Source: Basidiobolus ranarum
Lineage: Eukaryota
Length of the DNA: 33,868 nt
NCBI GenBank assembly: GCA_040143965.1
Contig: JASJQH010006944.1
Coordinates: 1-33,868 of the forward strand
Direction of reading: 5' to 3'
How positions within the stretch are numbered: the stretch's first letter is position 1; each line of letters starts with the position of its first letter. The translations under genes were made by a program, and so were the position numbers. Under the pieces are notes generated by a model. It ran no database searches. It was not told the DNA's origin and saw only the letters and a list, made by a program, of their open reading frames with translations. Shown here piece after piece: positions 1-11,542 of this stretch.

Positions 1-2
1 AG

Positions 3-164
3 GACCATCAAGAAGAAGACCTACAAGATATTCCAGATGAGAAATTGTGCACCGAATGTGTCCAAAACTGGGTGAAGGTTTATGACCAGTACTCTGATAG
101 CTATTCGGATATGTTTGCTAATGTGACCGATATCTCCCAAGTAAAAGAAAGATGCGGCTACTGA
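3..164 (+). CDS. 3' end of a secreted Cys-rich protein gene (partial), tandem paralogue of 908..1510
   Basis: The frame from nt 3 reads DHQEEDLQDIPDEKLCTECVQNWVKVYDQYSDSYSDMFANVTDISQVKERCGY* (TGA 162-164). By my count 39 of 53 residues are identical to the C-terminus of the 908..1510 protein. AATAAA at 335-340. Confidence 0.93.
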   Translation, partial: DHQEEDLQDIPDEKLCTECVQNWVKVYDQYSDSYSDMFANVTDISQVKERCGY

Positions 165-788
165 AGATACCTACTATCTCCAAGCATTTAATTCGTTTCT
201 TGCATCATCCTACATCACACCTACCAGCATTATTATGACTCTTATTATCCTTATACGAAGACCTCTGAATGCATTTCAGTTGTACTCTGAGCTATTGAAA
301 CCATTTGGATATTAGGCTATATATTCTTATATCCAATAAAATACACTCAAATATTGTATGATATTCTTCTTTTTGAATCTCACAATACTGTGCTTGCAAA
401 CGTTACTGACAACAAGTACGAAAAATAGGTTTGGAGCAACTGATCATCTTATAACTTAAAGATATCTTCAACGATGCTTGGATATGTGATAGAACGGTTA
501 CGCACAACCATGGTACCCTGAAGAGAAAAATCTAATTTTAGCAAACACTGAACCATGCCATAATCAAGGCTAGTGTAACGTGCATTTCGTATAAATGTAA
601 TAAATGGCAGTGACATGGTTACAGGTAGTCAAGGAGCACAAATAGATTTATCTTTCCATAAATACAAACCATTTACGATATTTTCATTGTTGATCATGCC
701 AAGATTAACACTCAATAGATATTGAAAATATTCAACCGATAACCGCTCAATTTCCCACAGGTTTAAAAGGTTCCAAGAGTATGCACGC

Positions 789-796
789 TATATAAG
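789..796 (+). promoter_or_regulatory. TATA box of the 908..1510 gene
   Basis: TATATAAG about 120 nt upstream of the ATG at 908. Confidence 0.6.
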
Positions 797-907
797 CACC
801 CACCAATTCCTTATTACTTCAACAAGTTACATAGTCCTTATACTGAGCTCTCTACAGAGATTAGTGATATCAACATCAACAGTTTTTCCACTCATCTCAT
901 CTCTATC

Positions 908-1510
908 ATGAAGTCCGTTCTATCCTTCGCACTGATCACCGCTTCTACACTACTAACCAACGCTGGGCCAGTAGATAATGTGTTCGGACAGCTCTCAATC
1001 TCGTGCAAGCTATCGCTGCTTTCCATTGTGACCGAAAATGAGCCTTGTCTTCCCTTCAGCCAGATCTGGTCACAAGCTAGTTCCATGGATTGGGAGAACT
1101 ATGACTCTAGTAAAGTTGACCAGTATACCTCTCTTCTGGATACAGTGTGTGCGGCTCCACGATGCGAGAAATCAGTCACAGATGCTTTAGCCACCAAAGT
1201 TCAAACTGAGTGCTCTGAAGATTCGTCACAAATGACGGTAAAGATACTTGAGTATGCATTCAAGAACTATGAGCCACTGATAGCCATCGGATGTGCTCAG
1301 AACTCGCAGCAGCAGTACTGCCTTATTGTGGAAGGGAACGAGCTGAAGGAACACCAGGATGTGAGCCTGCAAGATATTCCAAATGAGAAGCTGTGTACTG
1401 AATGTGTCCAAAACTGGGTGAAAGTGTATGACCAGTACTCAGACAGTTATGCCGATTTTTTTGCTAATGTGACTGAAGTCCCGCAAGTAAAGAAAAAATG
1501 TAACTTCTGA
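908..1510 (+). CDS. Intronless secreted protein, 200 aa, 10 Cys, function unknown
   Basis: Signal-peptide-like start MKSVLSFALITASTLLTNA. Ten cysteines, including C-x4-C, YC and CTEC, in an acidic mature chain with an NVT sequon. Upstream TATA, AATAAA at 1642-1647, and an adjacent paralogue support it as a real gene. Confidence 0.88.
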   Translation: MKSVLSFALITASTLLTNAGPVDNVFGQLSISCKLSLLSIVTENEPCLPFSQIWSQASSMDWENYDSSKVDQYTSLLDTVCAAPRCEKSVTDALATKVQTECSEDSSQMTVKILEYAFKNYEPLIAIGCAQNSQQQYCLIVEGNELKEHQDVSLQDIPNEKLCTECVQNWVKVYDQYSDSYADFFANVTEVPQVKKKCNF

Positions 1511-2222
1511 TGGACCTCATTATCTGCATGTATTTAGCTCATCACTTCGTTGATTTCTTGACCAGTGGATGTGTTCATTTGTATCAGCTAGTTCTACTCA
1601 TCGGAAATTTCCATGAAATTCTAGTGGAGTTTTTTATATTCAATAAAATCTCAACCACATTCGGCATGTTGCTTTTCAATTTATCCGTTAAACAACCTGG
1701 TATTACTCGTATTTAACGCAACACTCGTAAAGTACACAGGATGCCGTCAAAATAACTAATATGACGTTAGTAATTCCGATTATTGGGTTTGTCTAGAACA
1801 TGATGACAAAGATGAGATTATGACTTCTCCAGGTACCTTTTGACTACCAAGAAGGGAGTTCCTGATTGAAAAGAGCATACAGTATATCTCCGCAATTTCT
1901 ATCTTTCCTAAATACATCGAACTTCCATTCAACAGCACGAGTACAAACGGGATATAGAATCCCAACATTAGAAATCGCTTGTATATACAATTGTATCCCA
2001 AAGCATTCATTATCATATGTTTACAATAAGACTCCTTGGATGTACGGAAGTCTCAATAGTTGACATATTCTCCATAAATGACTCTGTCTCTCGAAATATG
2101 TTCACGGCGCATGTAGCGTGGCCATTCATACAACATCATCTGGATGCTATGTTGAAATCAAATAGCGGAATTTCAATTTCAATTTACTTTTGAATGTATG
2201 CCTCTCAAGCATATAGCCAACT

Positions 2223-2229
2223 TGATTGG
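2223..2229. promoter_or_regulatory. Possible CCAAT box (TGATTGG) upstream of the kinase
   Basis: TGATTGG also occurs upstream of ATG8 (6992-6998) and the Byr4-like gene (12816-12822). Short motif, so the call rests on position only. Confidence 0.35.
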
Positions 2230-2596
2230 CCGACATTTAATTTAAGGACAAATGACGATCATTATTTGCATTTCGTCTTAAATTAGGAAAATATCAATTA
2301 ACCCACTCATTAAGTATAGGGACTAAATCGAGTAGAATATAATTTAGGTGAAACCTCATTTACTCGCGAATGTTATAACTTCATGGTAATTATTTTGTCG
2401 GTTATTTCGAAGGAACATAAAACAAAACCCTCTTAACTTACTTTGACTCCTTCTGTGTCTAAACCGTCTTTATTTTGCCTTTTGTATAAACTTTTGACTT
2501 AACTTTCATCTACACATTTGCTCTAATAATACTACCCCTTTGACCTTAAACTTTCTCCTTTCTACTTCCTTGATAAACCGACATATAATACTATCC

Positions 2597-5346
2597 ATGT
2601 TGTCTTCAGTAAGCCATTGAAACAAGGATAACCTTGTTTGTGATTACATAGCAGTGTTAACCTATTTTTTCGTCTATCTATCAGATTGTTGAGGCTGACC
2701 CAGATAAGCTTTACACTGTATTAGAGAAGCTAGGAAGCGGCTCTTTTGGTACCGTTTATAAAGGGTAAGAGTTCACAAGAACGGTACAAGACAATTTCGA
2801 ACCTAGGTTGACAGTTTATTTCGTATTCTCTTTTCAAGAATACATAATGAGACCAAACAGCTAGTAGCTATTAAAAAAATCGATCTGGAAAGTGCTGAAG
2901 ATGATATAAGCGAAATTCAACAAGAAATTGCTCTACTGGCACAATGCGATTCAGACTACATTACACGATACTATCACTCCTACGTCAAAGGCTTTAAACT
3001 CTGGATTGGTAGGTTCTTTTTACACTATTTGGAATTACCTGATAAATGCGCATAAGTATTGGAGATTGAAATGTGTTGACTGAGACTTACTTCTGATATT
3101 GGCGCAAATGATTGACTTCTGTGATTCTAACGAATCTCTTTGTAGTAATGGAGTATATGTCTGGTGGCTCATGTTTGGATTTGGTAAGCTCTACTTTTAT
3201 CTAATATCTGCTCTCCTTACGACCAACGATTAGATATGAACAGCGAATTTGAGGGTCTCTTTAAAGCATCAATACTACACATACTAAACTTCAATTTAGC
3301 TCAAACCAGGGCCTTTTCCGGAGCCATTAATTGCTGTAACAGTACGTGAACTATTGATGGGCTTGGATTATTTACATTCCGAGGGGAAGATCCATCGAGA
3401 TATCAAATGTATGAGCTTTATCCTGTTCATTTTCATGCTTTACCTAGAGTTATAGTAATACTCACTTCTGTTTAGGTGCGAATATCTTGCTTTCGGCACA
3501 TGGAAATGTCAAACTAGGTTGGTGACATACGACCCTTATCATGTTCTTATTTAATATCTTAACTTTACATGTTTAAATACAGCGGATTTTGGTGTCGCTG
3601 CACAATTAGCCCATCAAAAAAGTCAGCGCCGAACATTCGTAGGAACTCCAGTACGTGCTTATAATCAGGAAACTTATTTCATCGCTCTTTCACTAATCAT
3701 TTATTAGTTTTGGATGGCACCTGAAGTCATTCAACAAACAGGCTACGATGTTAAGGTATTAAGAGGTGAACGATTGTATAGAAGCTTTGATATTTACCAT
3801 TTTGAATTTGATTCAGGCAGATATTTGGTCCCTTGGGATCACCGCTATTGAGATGGCTCAAGGTCAACCCCCTTTTGCTGATCATCACCCCATGCGAGTT
3901 CTATTTATGATTCCAAAGAATAAGCCACCAGTGCTAGAGGGTAATTTCTCACCGGAATTCAAAGATTTCGTTGCTCTGTGCCTTACCAAGAATCCGAATG
4001 AAGTAAGAAACTTTGTCTTGGTTCTTACAGAATCTGGTTTTCTCAACAATGTTTTTAAATGACGATAGAGACTTTCAGCTAAAGAACTACTGAAGCATCC
4101 GTTTATCACCAATGCCCGCAAAGGAGTTGCGTGTCTTCAAGAGTTAATTGAACAATATGAGCAATGGAAAATCACAGAAAACGAAGACGACTCTTTTGCG
4201 GAGAGTTGGCGCACACCGTATGTTGTTTTGTTAGATTTGAGTGCTAATATACGAAGTCGATCTAAATGTGTACCTTAGAACTTTAGAAACTGAGGAGAAC
4301 TACTATATGTCTTGGGATTTCGATACTATCCGAATGACTCACAAAACTGTCAAAGAGTTGGGTCCTGGTACAAGAGTAAGTGATGTATTATTGAAATGGT
4401 ATCATCCATTGATTAGTATTGACTCCTGTACATTCCATCTCTACTTGTATTTGTGCTATGTAGACCTCGGTTATATCAGAAGCTACAATCTCGTTGGCAG
4501 AGATCGAAAAATTCTACGACGCTAACAGTGCTATAGTAGATTGGTAAGAGATAATCGTTTACTCTTGTATATTTATCGAGATATATTGATCATTTATTCA
4601 GGTCAGAAACCGTGAGACCAATGAGCTTTCCATTACCTGGAGAAGATGTAGAAGATCGCAATAAGCAAATGACTGAGTTGGAAGAAACCGGAAGAAGTCT
4701 AGCTAACCACGTTGTCCTTCCCACCATCATAAAGGTAATTGATTCTTGGATCTTTCGACAACGTACCCTACTAAGCAATGCACTATGATAGGTAAAGAAA
4801 CAGAATCCCGATGCCACGAATCCTTTAAATATGATCGCCATGGGATTTGAACAGTTGAAGCAAACAAGACCTGATATAGTTGAAGAGATGATTACCGAGC
4901 TGTGGGAAAATTTAAAAAGGTACTAAAGGTTTCCACCAGCACGAGACGGTCACTTCTAAAAGTCAATATGAAATTTACCTTCATTTCTCACCTCTATCGA
5001 TAGGAATCCCGAACTCTATACCAACGTAAATAAAACCGGAACATGGAAATATGGAAGCCAAAGAGGTAGTCGTCGTCAGAATCTTCCATCCTTCCAAACA
5101 TATAACCCCAACAATACCATCATCAACGGAACTAATACTCAACACACTACGGCCACTACGGAAACTGACACATCTATGTCCTCGGTAATAATCAAAGAAG
5201 ATGAGCCAATAGTATCATCTAAACTCCAACAACAAAAGCCTTTATCACCAACCAAGATAGATGAACCTATCACTGAGCCAACCACTCCCAGAACATCATT
5301 TTTCGACTTTCTAAGTAATGGACTCCGGTTCAAATGGGGAAGTTAA
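2597..5346 (+). CDS. STE20-family GCK-III Ser/Thr kinase (Sid1/MST3/STK24-like), 15 exons
   Basis: Exons 2597-2608, 2685-2764, 2839-3008, 3146-3183, 3300-3408, 3476-3517, 3583-3650, 3708-3755, 3817-4002, 4069-4217, 4279-4375, 4464-4543, 4602-4734, 4792-4919, 5004-5346, all joined by GT-AG introns in frame. Motifs: [100 protein letters not shown]. These are followed by WDFDTIR and a helical region resembling the GCK-III dimerisation tail. Exact orthology not resolved. Confidence 0.93.
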
Positions 5347-6008
5347 TTCGAATTTACGTATCAACATTAATAACTATCCTGTGTATTTTGTTAAGTGCTT
5401 GATTTGATAAATGCATTATTTTCTCATCATTTGGAATTTTCCTTAATAAAGTTCATCATTCTCAATATTGAATCAACCATCAAGAAGTATCCTCCGTCAT
5501 ATGTGAATGCGATGGTGAATCAGTTAAAGGAATCATTAATACCTTTATATACATTATTAGAAGGCAATCGCAATACATTATGGCTTAGAAAGAAAATTTC
5601 CTACATAACATATTCCAAGCTGAACAAGAATTTTCCAATTAAACAAATAAGTCAATTCATTAAACTAACATTGAAAATTCACATTGTCACTTTCGTGAAA
5701 CAAGCGAATAGTTTAGTGAACTTTTACATTTGCTATTCTTATATTTATAATAAAGAAAAGTAGCTTTTGTAAAGTGGTGAAATGTATGCAATAAATTGAG
5801 CTACAGCACACATCAAACCAACTGATTAAATGTAAACCAAACGAACTGAGAAAAAGTGAGAATATAAAGGGTTCATGAAGAGCAATATTTTCAATGAATC
5901 AGTGAGAATAAAACCGGTGAAGATTAAAGACTTAATTAAACCTACTATGGGTAAAATCCTAGAGTCTGTAATCAAAAGTCCGATTTCAAGAAGCCACTCT
6001 TTATCCTT

Positions 6009-6580
<572 letters not shown>

Positions 6581-7967
6581 CTTTGAAAGGAGGTGTAAAA
6601 TTAAGAGTGGTTCAAAGGATAAGAAGAAAGGAGTGAATAGCGAGTTAGAGTTAGAGTTTGTTTAAAAGCAAGAACAAATATGTGAAGAAGGTGAACGGGT
6701 TATAGATAAACTTTCCTAACTATTGTTTTTTGGGTAACTTGAGATACCAAGGGTTCTACAACTATGGGAGGGGACTGGGAGATATAAAGGGCAAAGTCAG
6801 GTAAAATAAGGGGGTTAAGATGTAAGACAAAAGGAGAATCTGAGAGTTAAACTAAATTCCTAAAAATTCAAGCTGCGGTCCCCTGGGGAGGATTGTTAGA
6901 TGGACGGGTAAAGGGTAATTGCGATATTAAATGGCGAATGAGCTTTCAGAATAAATCACACCCTGTGAAAAGCACAAACTCAGGTAACGCTTGATTGGTA
7001 GAAATCATAATGTAAGGGGACAACAAGATTCACTTCAATTTATTAGTATGTGGAACGTCATTTCATTGATGAAAAGCCAGGTCATGAGTGCAAGAAAGGG
7101 TGAAGAATGAAGGGTGAATGCACTGCTTTGTTGATCATTGAGTGTGGGCTATACCCACTAGAAGAAGAGGCTCAGCCACCTTCATCCAATCTCGTATCTC
7201 ACCTTACCTCTGAAATCGGTAGCGATCACGTGCATAAAAGATGCAGTCACATCTACTATGGGTGAGATTATTCTCACTAGGCCGAGCTAGATTTCATTTA
7301 TTTAACAATCATTGCCAATTTACGCAAAGTTATGTCTACTACCTTGCCAGCGATTAGACAGGAAATGAATATCCGCATTTTACTCTTGAAGTGGCTCAGC
7401 TGAAGGGAAAGCCGACCAAGTCCTCAACTACAGCTGCTATCTCCATCCAATGGGTACTCTCATGTTATTATTCTTCCTAATCCATCACAGATTATTCCAA
7501 TAATTTCCGACTAATCAAATCGAATGTTTTTATTGCTGCATAATATGTGGCCGATGCTTATCAGTTTACTAGCCGAATAACAGCCGCCCACCGAAACGAC
7601 ATTATCGGTGACGAAGTGAGCTTGTATCGCCTTATCGAAAAGCATTCTACATTTTTCCCTATTGTAACACTCTTACCCCACTCTTCATATTTATCTTTTA
7701 CTTTGTCAAGTTCATAACATTGTAATCGAACTTTTCAAATCCGACTAATCGCTTTGTTTAATACCCTCAGTTATTTCTTCCTTTTGATAATATCTTCAAC
7801 TACACTTTCTAGTGCGCTCATCAATTTACTTTTCTTCTCGAACTTGGGAATACAAATCTACGTTTGATACCTACCTTGAAAGGGTTACATAAAATATTTC
7901 TTTGGCAGAAGTGGGATTTACCTTACGAGAGTCTTTGGGTTTGAAAAATAGCCTTAGTGTGAGTAGC

Positions 7968-10633
7968 ATGGAATCTAGAGAGCCCCTTATTTCTCCGACA
8001 ATCTTGACTCATAACGGCCAAGAAGATAGTCTAATGTCAGAGATAATGCAAGAGAAGTTGAATATAAATATACCAGGTCAAAGTGGAAGCCCTGATGAGG
8101 CTGAGAAAAACCCCTGGGCTGATTGCCCCCCTAGTCCACTTACCCAAAAATATATCGACTCTCATTATCAACCACCGAAAAAGTAAGATCTAATCTTTAA
8201 ACCAAGTCCTATGTATCTTTACAAACGAAATAGAGAAAGTGATTTCATTAGCTACAAGATGGTTTTTGTAACAAATTTTTATTTTCACTTCATTTTCTTA
8301 TATTTTCTTGTTTACTTGCAGTGAATCAAACGAGATGGAGATTCCCCATACTCCAGTTGGCTCTCCAACTACCGAGTTATCCACACACTCCATGAGCTAC
8401 TTTTGGGAGAATTCTTTTCATTCTCATACGGAAAAAGTCGTGTTGAATACTCCTCAAGAATACCCCCCAACCCCGCTTCCTTCCACTGGTAATACAATCA
8501 TGGTCAATATTAAGAGCTTATATCTAACATATTTCTCTTCAAAGAAGATTCCTCAGTGCCGGTGAAGTTAGTTGGCAAAAAAAACGAGCCCGTGTTTGAC
8601 CCTCAGAGTAAAGTTCCATCATTAAGCCCAAGAAACGTATCACCTGATACAAAAGAGATTCCAGGACCTTATTCTGGATTTTCAAGTCCAATACAAAGTG
8701 AAGGTTCGGATAGCGTTAGAAATGTTACCCCGGAACCATCTTCGCACCAGGATCCAGAACGCTTTGAATATAATCGTTTCTTGGAGCAGATGCGTCACAA
8801 AAGTGCAGCGCCAGTGGCGCGCTATTTAAAAAGGTAGGATTCAGCAAACAAAGATCGACCCCATCCAAATATTGAACTTTTATCTCGACATAGTTTCTTG
8901 AGAGATTTCGGTCGTAAGCCAATGTCAGTGAATGAGCAAATCAAAACTATTCATGATTTTCTTGATGTAAGAAGTGTCAACTCTAAGATTTATGCGTGCG
9001 AACAAACCAACTAACCAAGAAAACAGAGTATTGCAATCAAAATGCAGGCATGTGAGCTTTGGCAAAGTGCGTCAGAAAAAGAATTTGAAAATGCCACCGA
9101 AGGGATGGAGAAGCTTGTTATGAACCGACTGTACAAATAGTAAGCGGCATTGGTTCCATTATTCTCTCATACCATTGATTCTAATGGATATCTTAGTGCT
9201 TTTTGTCCAGCCACCACTGACGATGCAGAGAAGGATGAGGTGTTGAGTCAACGAATCCAACTTTATAAGTGGGTTCGTGAAGAGCACCTTGATATCCCTG
9301 CTAATAGCCACAACGAATCCTTTCTACAATTTGCTCAGGCCGGTAAGTAGCGCATTCCAGTCAATTTACATCAACAGAGAGTAACCCTAAGTGCTAACCA
9401 CCGTAAATCTAGAACTCCTGAAAATGAATCATTACAAAGCGCCACGTGATAAGCTGATTTGTATTCTAAACTGTTGTATTATCATCTTCGATATCCTTTA
9501 CATATTTCATTGTTGATTGCGGCAATTCACATATCCACCATTATCATCCTTAACTTTGACATACGATTATTGAAGCATCTGAATACCGATGCAAGTGCCG
9601 ATAGATTTCTACCCATTCTAATTTTGGTGGTCCTCAGGTCCAATCCATCAAAACTCATATCCAATGTACAGTACGTAGGCCTTTCATTTGATGGTCAATG
9701 ATTCTACGTGACATGCTCACACATCCCTAGATATATTTCTCGCTTCAGAAACCCTGACAAACTACAGTCTGAAGCTGGCTATTACTTGACTAACTTGGTA
9801 CGCTCATTTTCATTTCGTGAATGCCTATTCACCAGATACTAACTGTCTGATGCCATTAGATGGGCGCAATTTCCTTCATCGAAAGTATGGATTGCAAATC
9901 ACTTTCTATCTCTGAGGACGACTTCAACAAGTGTGTTGACATTTCATTTGTACTCACATCACGCTACTTTGCTAACATCTCTCTTAGACATATTGACCAA
10001 ACAGTAGAAGAGATGGCTCCGAAGCAACCACTTCCTGAACCACTGAGCAGGTCGCTAAGCTGTGATACACCCATCAACTCAACATCCACACCAACCCATA
10101 AACATAATCGACATTCACTCGAACCATCCAGTAAAGCTTATTCTCAGCGTCAAAGCTCTCGCCCTGCCAGTATCGTATCTCGCTTTCTCTCTGATATCGA
10201 GGATGAGGAGATAGCTGTGATTAGAACTCCCAGTAAATCACAACTGTCTCAATCGATGCAAACGCCCACACCATCACGTAGTTTGCCTAGAGGTGGTGAC
10301 AAGCCGAGTAGCTCAAGTTTGCGGGAAGTCCGTGATTTCAACAGCATCTCTCCTGCTTTAAGCGCACGTAAAAGATCGTCAACTGTTGGCCCATCCTATC
10401 CATCCACACCTGTCCGTAAGTCACCCACTTCAGAACGAACCCCAGGCTCATCCGTAGACTATAGTAAGGCTTTAGCCATTTTGAAAGATATGTTCACAAA
10501 CATTGATCCAGAGACATGTGAATCTATCCTTCACGCTAACAAGGGACATCTCCAACCGTCTATTGAGGCCTTGCTGGATATTTCCACTACTAACATGGCA
10601 ACCTCCAATTCAGATATGAATCATTTCCATTGA
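7968..10633 (+). CDS. VPS9: Vps9, Rab5/Vps21 guanine-nucleotide exchange factor with C-terminal CUE domain, 10 exons
   Basis: Exons 7968-8182, 8322-8488, about 8545-8833, 8894-8966, 9027-9139, 9197-9342, 9413-9490, 9565-9670, 9731-9797, 9860-9930 and 9988-10633 (11 exons if 9931-9987 is spliced, 10 if it is retained). Motifs: YLKSFLRDF, EGMEKLVMNRLY, YKAPRDKLICILNCC, SADRFLPILI, SNVQYISRFR, SEAGYYLTNLMGAISFIE. CUE-like tail LKDMFTNIDPETCESILHANKGHLQPSIEALL. The start codon is the least certain part. Confidence 0.94.
9491..9564 (+). other. U12-type (minor spliceosome) AT-AC intron in VPS9
   Basis: 5' end ATATCCTTT, branch site TCCTTAAC at 9547-9554, 3' end ...CATAC. Removing it restores ...CIIIF-G-LLKHL... 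in frame. Confidence 0.92.
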
Positions 10634-10776
10634 AAAATTTTGCACTCATTTTCTGACCTTCCCTGTTGCTTTCATCTTCTTGATAAGTTAAAACATCACT
10701 TAATGCTCCTACCCCTCATATTTGCTGAACTCTATTGAAATCCAGATTTCTTCATAAAATCTAGCGTAACCTACCA

Positions 10777-10792
10777 ACACACACACATACAC
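10777..10792. repeat. Short (AC)n microsatellite
   Basis: acacacacacatacac downstream of the VPS9 stop. Confidence 0.5.
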
Positions 10793-11447
10793 GAAAGAAA
10801 CATACTATCGAAATGGCAAGAAATACCCCCAACATTTCGGCGTTTATTCGTGCATCCGGATTCACCTAATTCTAATCGTAATGTTATTTTTCGCCATTGA
10901 ATAAACACCATCTCCTCACGTATTATATTAGCAAATGGATAGAATAATTAGCGACAACGCTGGTGGTCAATAAAAAAGAAATTCCCTTTACGTAATGCGC
11001 AGTTGCTTCCGCATGTAGCACATCTTGTAGTCGTCTCAGAGAACATACATTTGCTTACAATTGGATGGATCCAAGAGTTACAGTTGGTAAATCGGACACA
11101 TTTACCATCCACAAATGATGACTGTCTTTGAAATGCGAAATGTTTCTATATCGAAGTTTAAGACTCAGCTCGTAACGCTGGCTTAGTCACTTGGCATATT
11201 TATTGGCCTTGTCAGAAGAGAAATTTCATGCAAGAGAATTGCCACGAAATTGATCTCAGGACCATCTTGGAAGATTTACGTCATGATGAAGCTGAAACGT
11301 AGAGACAGTCATATTTCTTGAGGTTCGTGGCTTCGGTGCCACGGATTCCTGCGATTTGTATGTCCTTGGCATCTCTCTATGACACTAAGGAATGATGAAT
11401 CGTTTACTAGTAATGGAATAGATCTTAGATCCTCCAAACTTTTCAAG

Positions 11448-11455
11448 TATATAAA
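11448..11455 (+). promoter_or_regulatory. TATA box of the chitin-binding protein gene
   Basis: TATATAAA about 90 nt upstream of the ATG at 11543. Confidence 0.65.
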
Positions 11456-11542
11456 GGAATCCTCATCATACCATGAAATTCAAATCATACCCGCTAAACT
11501 TTCTTAACTTCCTCTTTAAATTATCTAAATTTAACACTAAAC

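Noticed and set aside
1510-2140. Short ORFs 1510..1716, 1780..2016 and 1866..2063
   Set aside because: The first lies in the 3' UTR of 908..1510 and contains its AATAAA. The others show no recognisable motif or splice structure. A decayed fragment cannot be excluded but is unsupported.
5395-5763. 122-aa ORF between the kinase and ATG8
   Set aside because: GTG start, AT-rich I/L/K/N composition, located between convergent 3' ends. Looks like UTR sequence.
6642-6658. (GAGTTA)3 resembling a telomeric TTAGGG variant
   Set aside because: Under three copies, internal, upstream of ATG8. Most simply a short simple repeat.
11110-11420. Several ATGATGA (box C-like) words suggesting C/D snoRNAs
   Set aside because: No convincing box D with terminal stem and rRNA-complementary guide that I could verify. 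A covariance-model search would be needed.
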